This document shows, piece after piece, positions 27,722 to 39,796 of a stretch of DNA of 64,000 nucleotides (positions are counted from its first letter, which is position 1; the number at the start of each line of letters is the position of its first letter). This stretch comes from the human T2T-CHM13v2.0 reference genome, Homo sapiens. The translations under genes and the position numbers were made by a program. A model generated the notes under the pieces. That model worked only from the letters and a program-made list of their open reading frames with translations. It had not been told where the DNA came from and did not search any database. The stretch is taken from NCBI RefSeq assembly GCF_009914755.1, contig NC_060932.1; one strand, given 5' to 3'.

Positions 27722-28130
27722 TTGTGCTGGTCCCCTGCTGCCACCGAGCAAGCAACCACAAATGCAGTGGCTCAGACAGCACGCCTTTCTCGTCTCACGG
27801 TTCTGTGGGTCAGGAGCCCAGCCCTGGGGCTCACTAGGCTGAAATCGAGGTGTCCACAGCCTGCGTTTCCCTGGGAGGTTTGAGGGGAGCGTCTTCTTGC
27901 AGCTGCGGCAGGTCCAGCGGCGGTCGCCTGGCAGCACCTGCCCTGCTTCACGTCCACACCCTCTCTGACGCACCTCCCTCTCCACGAATCCTGCGGTCAC
28001 CCTGGGCCACACAGATGATCCAGGACAACCTCCGCATGTCAAGGTCCGCTGAGGAGTAGCTCGAGTTCCCCGTGCCTGGGAGCCTAATGTGAGGATGCTG
28101 ACATTTTGGAGGGGCATACTGCCTACCACA
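27722..28130 (-). mobile_element. MaLR LTR (MLT1-like)
   Basis: CCACAAA..AGTGGCT..TCTCACGGTTCTG..GGCTGAAATCGAGGTGTC and terminal CTGCCTACCACA resemble antisense MLT1. Confidence 0.7.
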
Positions 28131-29321
28131 GGGCAGATGAGGGAGCTTCGCCAGGTGGAGGGCGAAGGGCTCTGCCACAGAGGAGACAGGCACAGCAGGA
28201 GACCGAGTCTGTCCTGGGGTGGCTGGGGGTGGGTGTGGGCATGTCGGGGTGGGGCCTCAGCCTCCTCCTGTGTCTGCAGTCTCGGGGAGACCGAGGATAC
28301 ACGCCCAGCTGTGAAGCAAGTGACGTGTCCAGGGCTGACTTCCTTGGGGCTCACCTGGATGGGAGCAAGCATCAGTGGGGCTTCCTGGAGGAAGCAGCTC
28401 AGGCTCTACCTGCAGAGGGTGGAGGATTGGGCTGTAGGGGGAGACACTGGTCAGAGGAAGCTGTGCTGAGAAAAGCCGCTGGGGAGCCTGTCAGGGTCCC
28501 TTCTTGGGGCCTCAGGTGCTGGAGGAAGAGTGATTCCAGGCTGCCACGGTGGAGGGAGGGGCCGTTGGTGATGGACCTTGAAGGCCAAGCCAAGGGGAGC
28601 CAAAGGAGGCCTGGAAGAAGGGGGGTCCCCAGGTACCGGACGGCTCCCCAGGCAGACTTGAGCGGAGAAGCAGGGGAGTCCCTGGGTACCAGACAGCATC
28701 CCAGGCAGACTTCAGGGGGGCATATGGTTTGGCGGCCCCAGAATCCTGAGCAGGTCCCGGCCTCTGCTCTGCCAGCTGCCGCTGCTGGGCAACCTCAGGC
28801 AGACCCTTCTTCCTGCCTCTGGCTGCAAAGCCTGCCTCACCCCAGGGCCCCTTCCCACAGGTGCCTCCCTCCACATCAGAAACGGCTTAGAATCCGCCAC
28901 CCACGCCCCGTCTGTCCTTGATAGGGAAGCCCTGGACAGCAGCGGATTTCCCTGCAGGTGCTGAAAGGGGCAAACCCCACTTAGGGGCTCCTTGCAGGCT
29001 CCAGGCTTCAAGGAGAGGCCGGGGTGCCCAGGCTTCCTTCCTACCATGGACAGGGCCCCAGGAGATGGAGGGGTCTGAGTGGACCACAAGCCTCTCGCTT
29101 CATCCGGGAATGAGGAGGAGGCCGGGCCCCATGTCCAGGGAGAGCATGTGAACCGAGGAGGCTCCCGGACCACCACCCTCGTCCACCACGCCCACTCCCA
29201 GGGCGTAGGTCCCATCATCCCCAGGTCCCCTGAGTGTGGAGAGACATACTGACATTTTCCAGCAGGACTGCACCATACACCACGGCAAAACAGGCAAGAT
29301 AATTATGGGGGATAAGAGAAG

Positions 29322-29331
29322 CTAAAAATAG
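29322..29331. promoter_or_regulatory. Perfect MEF2 site CTAAAAATAG
   Basis: Exact match to CTA(A/T)4TAG; function not shown. Confidence 0.3.
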
Positions 29332-29876
29332 CCTCCTTCACAGCCCAGACTCTTGGCAGGGAAGACACCAGACGAACTAGCAGGAGCCCGGGACCTGGGC
29401 CCCCAGGGAGGGGCAGCCTGCTGCGGCACCCCTCAACAGCTGTGCACGAGAGGGACGCTGCCAGGGAGGGACAGGTGTGGGGCCGACACAGGGCCTCTGT
29501 CCTCAGGGAGCGTCAGGCAGCGTCAAGACAGATGGGAAGAGTCAGGGATGCCCAAGGCACAGCAGTGACACCAGGGGTGGGGTGCAGGGAGGAGAGATAA
29601 GGGCAAGGCTTCAGAGGGTGAACAGGAGCTCACGGACAATGGCCATTCCCGGAAGAGGGGTGGAGCAGCTTCATGGGTTCCAGGGGGCCATCCAGAGGCA
29701 GGCAAGGTGGTGCCAGAGATCGCCTTGAGGGCCACCTTGCCCTCCCTTCAAGCTGGAGGAATAGCTGGGAACCATCCGCAGGGCTTCCCCACCCCTGGTG
29801 GACACCCTGGGCTGAGTAATTGCTGTCTCTGAGGGCAGCCTTGGAGCAAGACGCTGCCCGTGGAGCATCCCGCAGC

Positions 29877-30020
29877 ACCCTATAACTGGCCCCAGGTCAA
29901 GGCTGTGTACCAGGTGGTGGCTCAGAGAAAGGACAGCAGCCAGATGGACCCCTATAACTGGCCGCAGGCCAAGGCTGCGTACAGGGTTGCAGCTCAGAGA
30001 AAGGACAGCGGCCGGACGGA
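29877..30020. repeat. 72-bp diverged tandem duplication
   Basis: TATAACTGGCC..GCTCAGAGAAAGGACAGC at 29881 and 29953. Confidence 0.85.
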
Positions 30021-30881
30021 CACTGCTCTTTCTGGCTGAGCCCCAGCTCCCAATGTGGCTCCTCCCGGCCCAACACTTTCCCTCAGGGTCAGAGCCAGGT
30101 GTCAGTGGGACCCAGCCATGGACATGGGAAGGGACTCAGGACCAGACGCTGGAGAAGGGGATACCCGCCAGCCCCGGTTCTGTCCAGGGCTGAGCTGAGG
30201 AGGAGGCTGAGCTCAGAGGTCACGGAGGCAGGGCCTGTGCCTGAGGCCCAGGGCTCGGGGAAGAAGGTGGTCAGAGGGAGGACAGAGGTGGCAGTGGGAA
30301 ACAGCAGTCAAGGCCAGGCCAGGGTGGGTGCCAGGCTGGCTAGGCTGGGGGCAAGGGATGAGGGTGGGGGACCAGGGGAACCCACCCAATCCTCCCTGGG
30401 AGCTTTGCTTTTAAGGGATTCTGGAGGGACCAGAGGGGGCTAGGGAGAGTGGGAAGGGGGCAGAGGGAGAGGCAGGGCTGGGAGGAAAGGGGAGACAGCA
30501 GCAGCCCAGGAGGGAGCTCCTCGCCCCAGCGGTGGGGCAGGGGAGGGCAGAGCCGGGAGGCCTGACAGCTGGAAATGTGGGCTTTACCCAGAGGTGGTGG
30601 CCGGCCGCAGAGGGGCGCGGGCCCAGGAGCTCCTCAGTCATCAGTTTTAGCTTTTAAAGATGTTTTTATTCCAGGAGGGAGGTTTCCAGGAAACAAGCAA
30701 ACAGAAAACAAACACAAAGGTGCCCCCAGTGGAATGTTGCGTGGGATGGAGCCCTGCACAGAGGACGGTGAGGAGGGTGAGAGAAAGGGACGACCTGAAA
30801 TTCCAGGAGAATCGAGGTGCTCTGTCGGAAAGGAGCACGATCAGAGTCCCCTGCCATGGAAAGTATTTCACCCTGGTGTAA

Positions 30882-31347
30882 TTTCTTTCTTTTTTTTTTT
30901 TTTTAATTTGAGACAGGGTCTCATTCCTGTTGCTCAGGCTGGAGTGCAGTGGTGAGAACAGGGCTTACTACAGCCTCAACTTCCCAGGCTCAGGTGATTC
31001 TCCTGCCTCAGCCTCCCAAGTAGTGTAGCTGGGACTACAGGTGCACGCCACCATACCTGGCTAATTTTATTTTGTATTTTTGTAGAGATGGGGTCTCACC
31101 ATGTTGCCTAGGCTGGTCTCAAACTCCTGGGCTCAAGCAATCCTCCGGCATCAGCCTCAGCCTCCAACAGTGCTGGGATGGCAGGCGTGAGCCACCACAC
31201 CCGACCTTTTTATATATATTTACTTTTTGTAGAGACAGGGTCTCCCTATGTTGCCCAGGCTGGTCTCGAATTCCTGGCTTCAAGCCATCCTTCCACCTCA
31301 GCTTCCCTAAGTGCTGGGATTGCAGGCGTGAGCCACTGTGCCCAGCT
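30882..31347 (-). mobile_element. AluJ-like dimer followed by an extra left-arm monomer
   Basis: Antisense Alu 30882-31206, then a second TTTTTGTAGAGACAGGG..GAGCCACTGTGCCCAGC monomer to 31347. Confidence 0.88.
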
Positions 31348-32978
31348 GGTGGCAATAAGTGAGCACTGAATATTAACTTAGCCCCATGGTGGCCTTGGGA
31401 AGAGGCAGGGTGGGGAGGAAGTGCAGTCAGGGTAGGGGACAGTGTGAGGCTGGCACACCCCAGCTGCTCCCATGGCAATTACAGAAATAGAGGAGCTTGG
31501 CCCAGTGGCCTTGTGGGGTGGCCAGACCCTTAGGAGATGGGGACGGGCAGGACCAGGACCCCCAGGACAGCTGCTTTGGACTTTCTCAGTTGAAGTGCCC
31601 AGGATGTCAGAGTCGGCGTACAGTAGAGGATGGGCCGTGGCCCGGAGATAAGAGCAAGGCTGGAGGGTGGGGGCACAAGGTCCTGGGGAGAGCCAACCCT
31701 GGTGTTCCAACGCAGGTTCCCAGCACAGCTTCTGGGAAGGGCACTCGGCAGCACCCGTGGTCTGGCTTCTGCCCCACCCTCGGACCAAGTTGCTCTCACC
31801 AGGGTCCCCATGAGGCGGCCAGGGTCAGTACTGGGTCATCTGTGGTCATCTGGGCCAGTATTGGAGTGGGTAAAGACAGACTGCCAACCTGGGCGGGCAG
31901 AGCGATGCCCACTTAGGGCTACACAGAAGGGAGAGGACCCTCGAGGATGGGGCTGAGAAAGGACACCTTACTGCCCGCTGCCCACCAAGGGCCCACAGCA
32001 CAGCCCAGGCATGCACAGACAGGCCGAGGAGGCAATCTTGTTCACGCTGGTAATTTTCTGCCTCTCCTGGGCCTCAGTTTCCCCACTCATACCAGGAGTG
32101 CCACTGCAGCCCCAAGGCCCATCCCAGAGAGAGGTGGTGGTCGAGGGAGGGCCGGGGAACCTGTCCCGTGACTGCTACATCTGGGCACCCCATAGCCGGA
32201 GCTGGGTGGGATGCTGGCCTCATTCCTGGAAGAAATGGACTATATCGTATGTCACCTGCTACCTACAAAAGTAGGGTGCCAGCTGGGATCCCTGCAAATG
32301 TGTGTATGGGGAGTCCCCAGGAGTGCTGGGAGGAAGCTACACCATCCTGCCCGTGTCTGTAATTAGGGGTGAGGGTCACTGCGTTGCCAGGGCCAGGAGA
32401 CAGTGACTGATTGGAAGCAGGGGCCATGCGTGGCCAATGGGAGGCTCCATGGGTGGCCGGGGCTAGGCATCCATGAGACTGGGAAGCAGATTGCTTCTGG
32501 ATAGGATAGGAAGCAGATTGCTTCTGGATAGGAGCCCTACCTTCACCCCAGGTCAGGCAAAGGAACAAAGGAACCACCTTCTCTCTGACCCTCAACAGAA
32601 CAGAGCCGTGGCAAATTCAGTGGCCCCCTTCCCATCGCCCAAAACCAGGAAGAAACCTTTAGACAAGGAACCTTGTCTAAAAGGAGGTGGCCCAGAAGTA
32701 GAATAAACACAGGGCTTGGAGTCGGACACAGGAGGGTTCGACAATACCCATTCAAAGTCATCATCGTAAGCCTCTCCTGGGCACCAGGCATGGGGAGAGG
32801 GAGTCTGGCTGGTTCCATGGCAATTGTGGGCAGGTCCCTTGCACCATTCAAGCCTGTTTTCATATCTGAAACGTGGGGCTGTGGGCGGGGGCCACAGCAT
32901 AAGGGAGCATTGTTGTAAGGGGTGCCCTGTCATAGGGGAGCCTCTTCATATGGGGAACCCCAGCAGGTTCATATACGT

Positions 32979-33475
32979 GTGTCTTAGTCTGTTCTCTGCT
33001 GCTATAACAATACCACACACCAGATAATTTATAAAGAAAAGTTTCTTCGGCTCATGGTTCTGGAGGCTGCAAAGTCCAGCAGCATGGCGCCAGCATCTGG
33101 TGTGGCCCTGCTTGCTGTGTTCTTCCATGGCAGAAAGCGGGAGGGCAAGAGAGTGCACACAAGACAGCTCACTTTTATAACAAAGCCACTCCCACGATAA
33201 CTCACACACTCCTGAGATAGCAACATTAATCCATCCATGAGAGCAGAGCCCTCATGACCTAGTCACCTCTCACAGGTCCCACCTCTCAACACTGCCACAA
33301 GGCAATTATTAAATTCCAAAATGAGTTTTGGTGGGGACATTTAAACCATAGCATTCCACCTAGGGCCCCCAAAACTCCCATTCTTCTCACATACAAAATG
33401 CTCTCATTCCATCCCAATAGCCCCAAAGTCCTAACACATTCCCACATCAACTCAAAAGTCCAAAGTCCAGTCTTT
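32979..33475 (-). mobile_element. MaLR LTR (MST-like) with adjoining internal-sequence fragment
   Basis: TGTCTTAGTCTG..GCTATAACA start, AAACCATAGCA LTR end at about 33353, then CTCACATACAAAAT..CCCCAAAGTC..TCAACTCAAAAGTCCAAAGTCC as in MST/THE1 internal sequence. Confidence 0.8.
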
Positions 33476-34429
33476 GGACGGGATTCTTCTGGGAAGGGAG
33501 TGTGTAGGCACAGGTGCTCAGCACTCCAACAGCACTGAAATAGCAGAGTCAGCACCTGCCCTCCCTGTCACCTCCCCCTCCCAACCCCACCACCTGGGGG
33601 TGTCTCTATGGGGAGGGGCTGTGAACACCCAGCCTGCATCCCCACAAAGAACCACCCTCAGCCACCCCTCCACTGAGAGATGGCCACCCCAAGACTCAGG
33701 TGCCCTTGTGGGAGGGACCTGGACTGGGAGCAGGGCCACTGGGGCAGGCCCTGGAGTGTGTCTGTCCTCTGGAGGAGAGCATGGGCCCTCTGGACCTCAC
33801 AGACTTTATGGGGAAGGGCAAGATGGGAGCAGGGCTGGGGTGGGGAGCCCAGGACCAGGCTGCACTGAGCCCCAACATGCCCTCTAATGTCACCTGGCAT
33901 GAGCCTCCTGATTCCCACCTCGACCCTGGGACCTCAGCCCCACGGGAACCAAGGCAGAAAGGGAAGGGTTCCTTGGCCCCTGGATGCCTGGCGTTTCTCT
34001 TTGTTGAACTTCCTCTTCCTCCTTATGAAGGGCCTTTCACCCCTTGTCCACCCTCTTCACCCCTTCCTCACCCAACAGCCACAGGAGTCACGCAGCTTTG
34101 ACCTGTCTCACCTGCCCCCTCCTGTTGTTCCTCCCCCAGCTCCGCCCAGAGAGATGGAGACAGAGGGCCAAAGAGCAGGAGATCGCTGGACACTCGCCGA
34201 AGAGCGGGAGATCGCTGGACACTCGCCGTTGGCATCATGTGGGGTGCTCCATGGCTTCCAATTGGCCAAATTCTTTTCAGTGTTAAAATGCTGTAAAATA
34301 TAAAACGTATGTAATTTCTTGACAAAAATAATACTATTTCAGGTTTGACTCTTTATGAAGTTTCTGTACTAACCTGAACTCTCCCTGGAGTTGAAAGACC
34401 CTTGGCAACTAGAAAAGAGCCCTGACACC

Positions 34430-35530
34430 TGGGAGGCTGGGAACAGCCCACAGGACTGCGCCACCCTCACTTCCGACACCAACTATAGAAGCCCAGGCTC
34501 CTGGCGGCCACCTCAGATGTGATTCTCTAGGAGGGCCCCAGTGCCCCTGGAAGCCATTATACCCGTGACTGTGGATTCCTACGGGGAAAAGATGTAGATT
34601 AAAATCAGCCTGGCGGGAGGATCCCTTGAGCCCAAGAGTTCAAGACTAGCCTGGGAAACATGGCAAGACACCATCTCAGAAAGAAAAGAAAAGGGAAGGG
34701 GAGGGGAGGGGAGGAGAGGGGAGGGGAAGGGAGGGGAGGGAAGGGTGGGGAAGTGAAGGGAGGGGAGGGAAGGGTGGGGAAGTGAAGGGAAGGGAGGGGA
34801 AGAGAGGGGAGGGGAGTGGAGGGTGGCGGGGAGGGGAGTGGAGGGTGGCGGGGAGGGGAGTGGAGGGTGGCGGGGAGGGGAGTGGAGGGTGGCAGGGAGG
34901 GGAGTGGAGGGTGGGGAGGGAGGGGAGTGGAGGGCAGGGGGGAGGGGAGGGGAGGGGAGGGGAGGGAGAAGTTAGCCGGTTGTGGTGGTGCATGCCTGTG
35001 GTCCCAGCTACTTGCAAGGCTGATGTGGGTGGATGGCATGAACTGGGAGGTCGAGGCTGCAGTGAGCTGTGACTGTAGCCCTGTACTGCAGCCTGAGTGA
35101 CAGAGAGAGACCCTGTCTCAAAAAATATAAAAAATAAAACCAGAATGGAAAGAGGTGCCTGGGACAGAGCCCAGGAGGGTCCAGACACAGAGCTCCGGGT
35201 TGTCCTCCCCTGGGGTCATGGACAGAGCTAGGCCCCGTCCCTCCCTTAGTGATGTGGGTCAAGGCACATGGAACATCAACAACCAAGGTAGCTCCTGCCT
35301 TGGGGTTTGTCTCGTGGTCCTGGTTGGCGCCCACATGGCTGAGCCGTCTCCAGCCCTTCTGGAGGCAGAGCTGATGCCACATAGCCCAAAGCCTCCACTG
35401 AAGTCACATAGGACCATAGGTGTGGCCTGAGGCCGCAGGTGGACTAGGACATTCTCACCAGGTCGGACGTTCAGGGCCTAGTGGTGACCTCCCAGGAGCC
35501 CAGGGGAGAGGCCAGGCCATCTTTGGCCGA
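34430..35530 (-). mobile_element. Degenerate ERV LTR (MER21-like), split by an Alu
   Basis: AGATTAAAATCAG..(Alu)..AGAGCCCAGGAGGGTCCAGACAC..GTTGTCCTCCCC resembles antisense MER21; boundaries approximate. Confidence 0.5.
34611..35139 (+). mobile_element. 5'-truncated AluJ-like element with the central linker expanded into a G-rich repeat
   Basis: Left arm 34611-34680, purine/G tract 34681-34970, right arm and A tail 34972-35139. Confidence 0.85.
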
Positions 35531-37042
35531 GGTCACACTCTGCACACACACCACCCTAAACAATTTCCAGTGTGGCTTCTGTCCACTGGTTGCCCATCTA
35601 GATCCTTCCTTCCTCCTTCCCAAATGCATTGCGGCTTCTGTCCACTGGTTGCCCACGTAGATCCTTCCTCCCTCCTTCCCATATGCGTCCAGGCTTTTGG
35701 CACTGGGCAGGGGCAGAGGCAACATGGGGCCGTGGTGTTCCTGGGCTCAGCTTTACAATCGTGGCATGCCCCTGGCCGTCTCTTGCCCCTTCTGGGTAGC
35801 AGCCTGGAGTGTCAAGAAATCCAGAAGGTCTGGAATGAACAGGTGCACCCAGCCGCCAGCTGCATGCTTCCCTGACAGGAGACTGCCCCCCACATTTGCA
35901 GGGCCTCTGTTATATCAACCTTGCTTTATAGTGACTCATACACTCTCCCAAGCCCATCACTTTCCCTGCAACCCCCAGTGGCACCACCAGCCCTCAACAG
36001 TGACCCTGCTGGGACTGAGAGACTTAAACTCGGTTGAGCCTTGAAGGCAACAGAGGGGCCCAGGTGTCTGCCCTCTCCCCCATACACCAGCTCCGTGAGA
36101 CCGGCGGGATTTTATGGAAAGGCGCTTGCCCCTATGGGGATCTGACCCGGGCTCCCTGGCTCAGAGGCCTCCCACCAAACTGGGTCTGCGGGAAGAACCT
36201 CTAGGGGCTTCCTGGGTGTTCCTACCCCCAGACTCAATTCTTTTCCCCAAACTGAGGCAAGCAAGGACCGTCTCTGTGCCTCAGTTTCTCCACGCTACAG
36301 TGAAGGGGTGAGACTGAGTGGTCTGTGATAACTAGATGGGCAGGAGCAGTGAGGGGTGGAGAGGGGCCGATGGCAGGGAACACCCTGTTCTGGGACCTGT
36401 TCTTCAGGCTGAGAGACAGCTGCACAGGGTCTGGGCCCCTCTGCCCCCGACCACCCACCCCTCCAGCCTCCGGCCTCTTTCCTTGGGAACAGAGTGACAC
36501 AGCTGCACCTCCAGTTAACTGAAGAGTTCTGATGGCCTGTTCCACAATTACAGGGAGTAACTTTTTACTAAAAGGGAAAAGCATCAACAGCTTCCAGCTT
36601 TTCATGTGAGAAGTAGTACTCCAAGACAAATGACTGCTTTCAGGCAGCACCGTGGTGCCCAGCTTCCTGTTCCTGCCAATTTCCTCTCCGGTTCTTCCAG
36701 CGGCTTTGTTATTTAAAAGAAATGCAAGGGAAGAGTGGGGCGGAGGCGGCCCTTTCACCGTGAAGAGCCCTGCTCAGCGCCCTGCGCCATGGGTGACGAC
36801 ATTTCCTGGCAGCAGGTGGCTCTCTCTGCTTAGTCTCCTCTTGTTTCCTGCTCTCCCAGGGCCCCTCGCTGCTGCAGGAGCAGTGAGCTCAGTGCCAGAA
36901 CCCTGCAGGTGCAATGCACCCGGCCTCCCAGCAGGGCTCAGCTGACACCACCCACCAGCTGACCCCGCAGCTTGGCCCGGGATCCCCAGGAGCAGGGCAA
37001 CCCCACCAGAGGGGTGGGAAACTTCCGGCAGCAAATGACCAT

Positions 37043-37388
37043 GATGGTTGTGAGGGTCAACCTTGCCGGGGTACTGCTCTCAGTCACTCAATCAAATCTT
37101 AACAGAGGTGTTGTGCCGAAGGTCTGTCGTAGGTGCTTTCAGGAAGAGCATCCTTGGGAACCTGGGTGGCCTGGTTGAGTCCCTTGAAAGGCCATAAAAG
37201 CAGAGCTAAGGCTTCCCAGATGCAGACGAAATAACACCCTCACGTGCCTGTTTCAGCCCCTTCCCCAAGGTTCTGGCCTGCCCTGTAGATTTTGGACTGG
37301 CTCAGCAGCCCCTACGTTGAGTAAAACAATTCCTTGCAATGAATTTCCTGTCTCCTGTCAGTCCTGTTTCTCATTGAACACTGATGGG
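37043..37388 (+). mobile_element. ERVL LTR (MLT2-like)
   Basis: GTCAACCTTG..AATCAAA..CTTGAAAGGCC..GCCCTGTAGATTTTGGACT..CAATTCCTT..CTGTTTCTC pattern. Confidence 0.6.
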
Positions 37389-37424
37389 TAGGGGCTGATC
37401 CCTAACCCAGGCCATCTCTTTTTT

Positions 37425-37994
37425 CCCCTCAGAATCCAGTGCCCCCCCAAAGGCAGAGGAGGCTGACGTCCCGCAGCCCCTCAGAATCCAGTGTCCCCAC
37501 AAAGGCAGGGGAGGCTGACCTCTCACAGCCCCTCGAAATCCAGAGTCCCCCCAAAGTCAGGGGAGGCTGACCTCCCGCAGCCCCTCGGAATCCAGTGTCC
37601 CCACAAAGTCAGGGGAGGCTGACGTCCTGCAGCCCCTCGGAATCCAGTGTCCCCACAAAGGCAGGGGAGGCTGACGTCCCGCAGCCCCTCGGAATCCAGT
37701 GTCCCCACAAAGGCAGGGGAGGCTGACCTCCCGCAGCCCCTCGGAATCCAGTGTCCTCACAAAGGTGGGGGAGGCTGATGTCCCACAACCCCTAGGAATC
37801 GTGTCTCCACAAAGGCAGGGGAGCCTGACCTCCCACAGCCCCTCGGAATCCAGTGCCCCCATAAAGGCAGGGGAGGCTGACCTCCCACAGCCTCTTGGAA
37901 TCCAGTGTCCCCAAAAAGGCAGTGGAGGCTGACCTCCCGCAGCCCCTCGGAATCCAGTGTCCCCACAAAGGCGGGGGAGGCTGATGTCCCGCAG
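37425..37994. repeat. 52-bp VNTR, about 11 copies
   Basis: CCCCTCGGAATCCAGTGTCCCCACAAAGGCAGGGGAGGCTGACCTCCCGCAG with starts at 37425, 37477, 37529, 37581, 37633, 37685, 37737 and onward. Confidence 0.95.
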
Positions 37995-38584
37995 GGCATC
38001 AAGTTACCCTTGTTTCCAAGATCTTCAGCACAGATGCTCTGAGGATAGATGCCCTGCTTTGCAGATGAGGAAACTGAGGCTCAGAGAGACCAAGTTCATG
38101 ATCTGGCAACCAGGAATGGCCAGGGTCCCCTCCCAGCTGGGGTCTGCACTGACTAGGTCCACAGGGCTCCGGAGCCTGAGATGGCTGTGTGGGCCAAGCC
38201 CTAGTTGTAATCCCCCCATGCACCCAGCTGTACACCCCACGTGCCAGTAGGACTTACAGAGGGGCAGGCCTGAGCTCAGCATGAACAGGGCTGCCCCAGT
38301 CAGCAGTCACCCTCACTGATGGCCACCTCGGGCCTGGAGGCAGGGCTGAGCTAGGCCTAGTGGGCTGCAGTGGGGCTGTAGTGGGGCTGCAGTGTGGATC
38401 CCTGAGGGTGCTTCCCCCTGAGGATCCAGGACCCTGATGGAGGCTGCCCTGTTGGTGCTCCCCCGAGCCCCCGGAGACCTCTCACTACACCCATGGGGTC
38501 TCCAGGGTCACCCTCTGGGCCGGGGGACCTGTGTCTGCAGCTCCACCCCTGCCCAGCCCAAGCACACAGAAGAAACAACATGAA

Positions 38585-39401
38585 CACTCCAGGAAGTTTC
38601 AGTGTTTTATTAACAAAATCTTACAAAAAGAGTCTGTCTCTGGGGTAAGGTGCACAGGGCCTGGACCGACATTTAAGGCCTGGTCTGTGTGGGGCAAGGG
38701 GCAGGGGTTGGCCACAGCCTCATGAGGTTTCCAGGGTCTTCACAGGCTCCAGGGCTTCCCCAAAGCCTGTGCCAGCCTTGAGGATTGGTTATGGCTTATG
38801 TGCAAAAATAAAATCTGTGGGGCTGGCAGGGTGTGGGCTGAAGACTTGTCAGAGTGGTCTGCAGGGCTGGTCCCCCAGTGGACAAGGCAGAACGATGAAC
38901 CCTGAGCCAGCACCTGCTTAGGCTGCAGACGCTAGTGGCCCACCAGCACCAGGGTTCTGGTGTCGGGGCAGGGCAGAATGCCTGGAAGCGCCCCAGGAGC
39001 CATGGCTTCTGGGATGTCCTTCCTGCAGCTGAGCTCAGGGCTGCTGGGCAGGGGTAGGAGCTGTGGCCCCAGCCTTGGGGCTCATGAAAGCCTCTGGCAG
39101 AGAGGATGGCCTGGCAGCGGGCGGGGTTTCCCTGCTGGGAGGGAGGCAGGGCCCGACTCCTGCTGCAGTGGCTCTGGGGACGGGCAGCTGGCGGCCAGCG
39201 GGGCGGGCTTAGTGGCAGGCCCTGGTCCTCGCGCTGGCGCTCAGGGCTAAGCTGGGGCTCCTGCCCTCTGCTGCAGCCGACTCCTCTCTGTAGCCCCCCT
39301 CTGGGCTGTCCTGGGACTTCGCCTCCCACGCAGGCAGCCTGCAAGGTGAGGGGTGGGTGGTGCCCAGCACAGCAGCAAAGACTTTGTGGGAACCTTGAGA
39401 C
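38585..39401 (-). other. ARC: ARC exon 3 (3'UTR)
   Basis: Acceptor CTCTCCTGTTCTTTCAG|G at 39402/39401 through to the polyA site. Confidence 0.8.
38606..38611 (-). terminator. ARC: ARC polyadenylation signal AATAAA
   Basis: TTTATT on plus strand, U-rich upstream and GU-rich downstream (TGTTGTTTCTTCTGTGTG) on the minus strand; cleavage estimated near 38585. Confidence 0.88.
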
Positions 39402-39651
39402 CTGAAAGAACAGGAGAGTGGGCAGTGAAGGACCACGCAGGACAGTAGCCAGGGCTCCATGGGGAGGGGCTGGGGCCGGTGGATGGCGCTGGTCTTCCAA
39501 GGCAGAGGCCCCCCGACCCCGTCAGAGCCTCCCAGCGAGCCCGAACACTGGGGAGTGGCCTGGGCCGCAGGGTGTCTGGGGTCTGGGGAGGAGTTCATTT
39601 GGCCGGGACAGCTGATGGTGGGGTCTGGGTGGAAGGGTGGTGCTCCGTTAC
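39402..39651 (-). other. ARC: ARC 3'UTR intron 2 (250 bp)
   Basis: Donor CAG|GTAACG, acceptor TTTCAG|. Confidence 0.8.
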
Positions 39652-39796
39652 CTGTTGTCACTCTCCTGGCTCTGATGGTGCCAGCTGCTGCCTCAGCCGG
39701 ATTTGAGGACTCAGCCCCTCTGGGACCCTCCGCCTGCCATGGGTGAGTCATGAGCTGAGCTCTGATTCTTCTCCAGGCGGGCGTGAATCACTGGAG
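39652..39796 (-). other. ARC: ARC exon 2 (3'UTR, 145 bp)
   Basis: Bounded by TTTCTCTCCCCCAG| and |GTAACG. Confidence 0.78.

Noticed and set aside
37043-37388. LTR relics near ARC as the original LTRs of the Arc element
   Set aside because: They resemble mammalian ERVL/MaLR families, much younger than Arc domestication, and form no matched pair around the gene.
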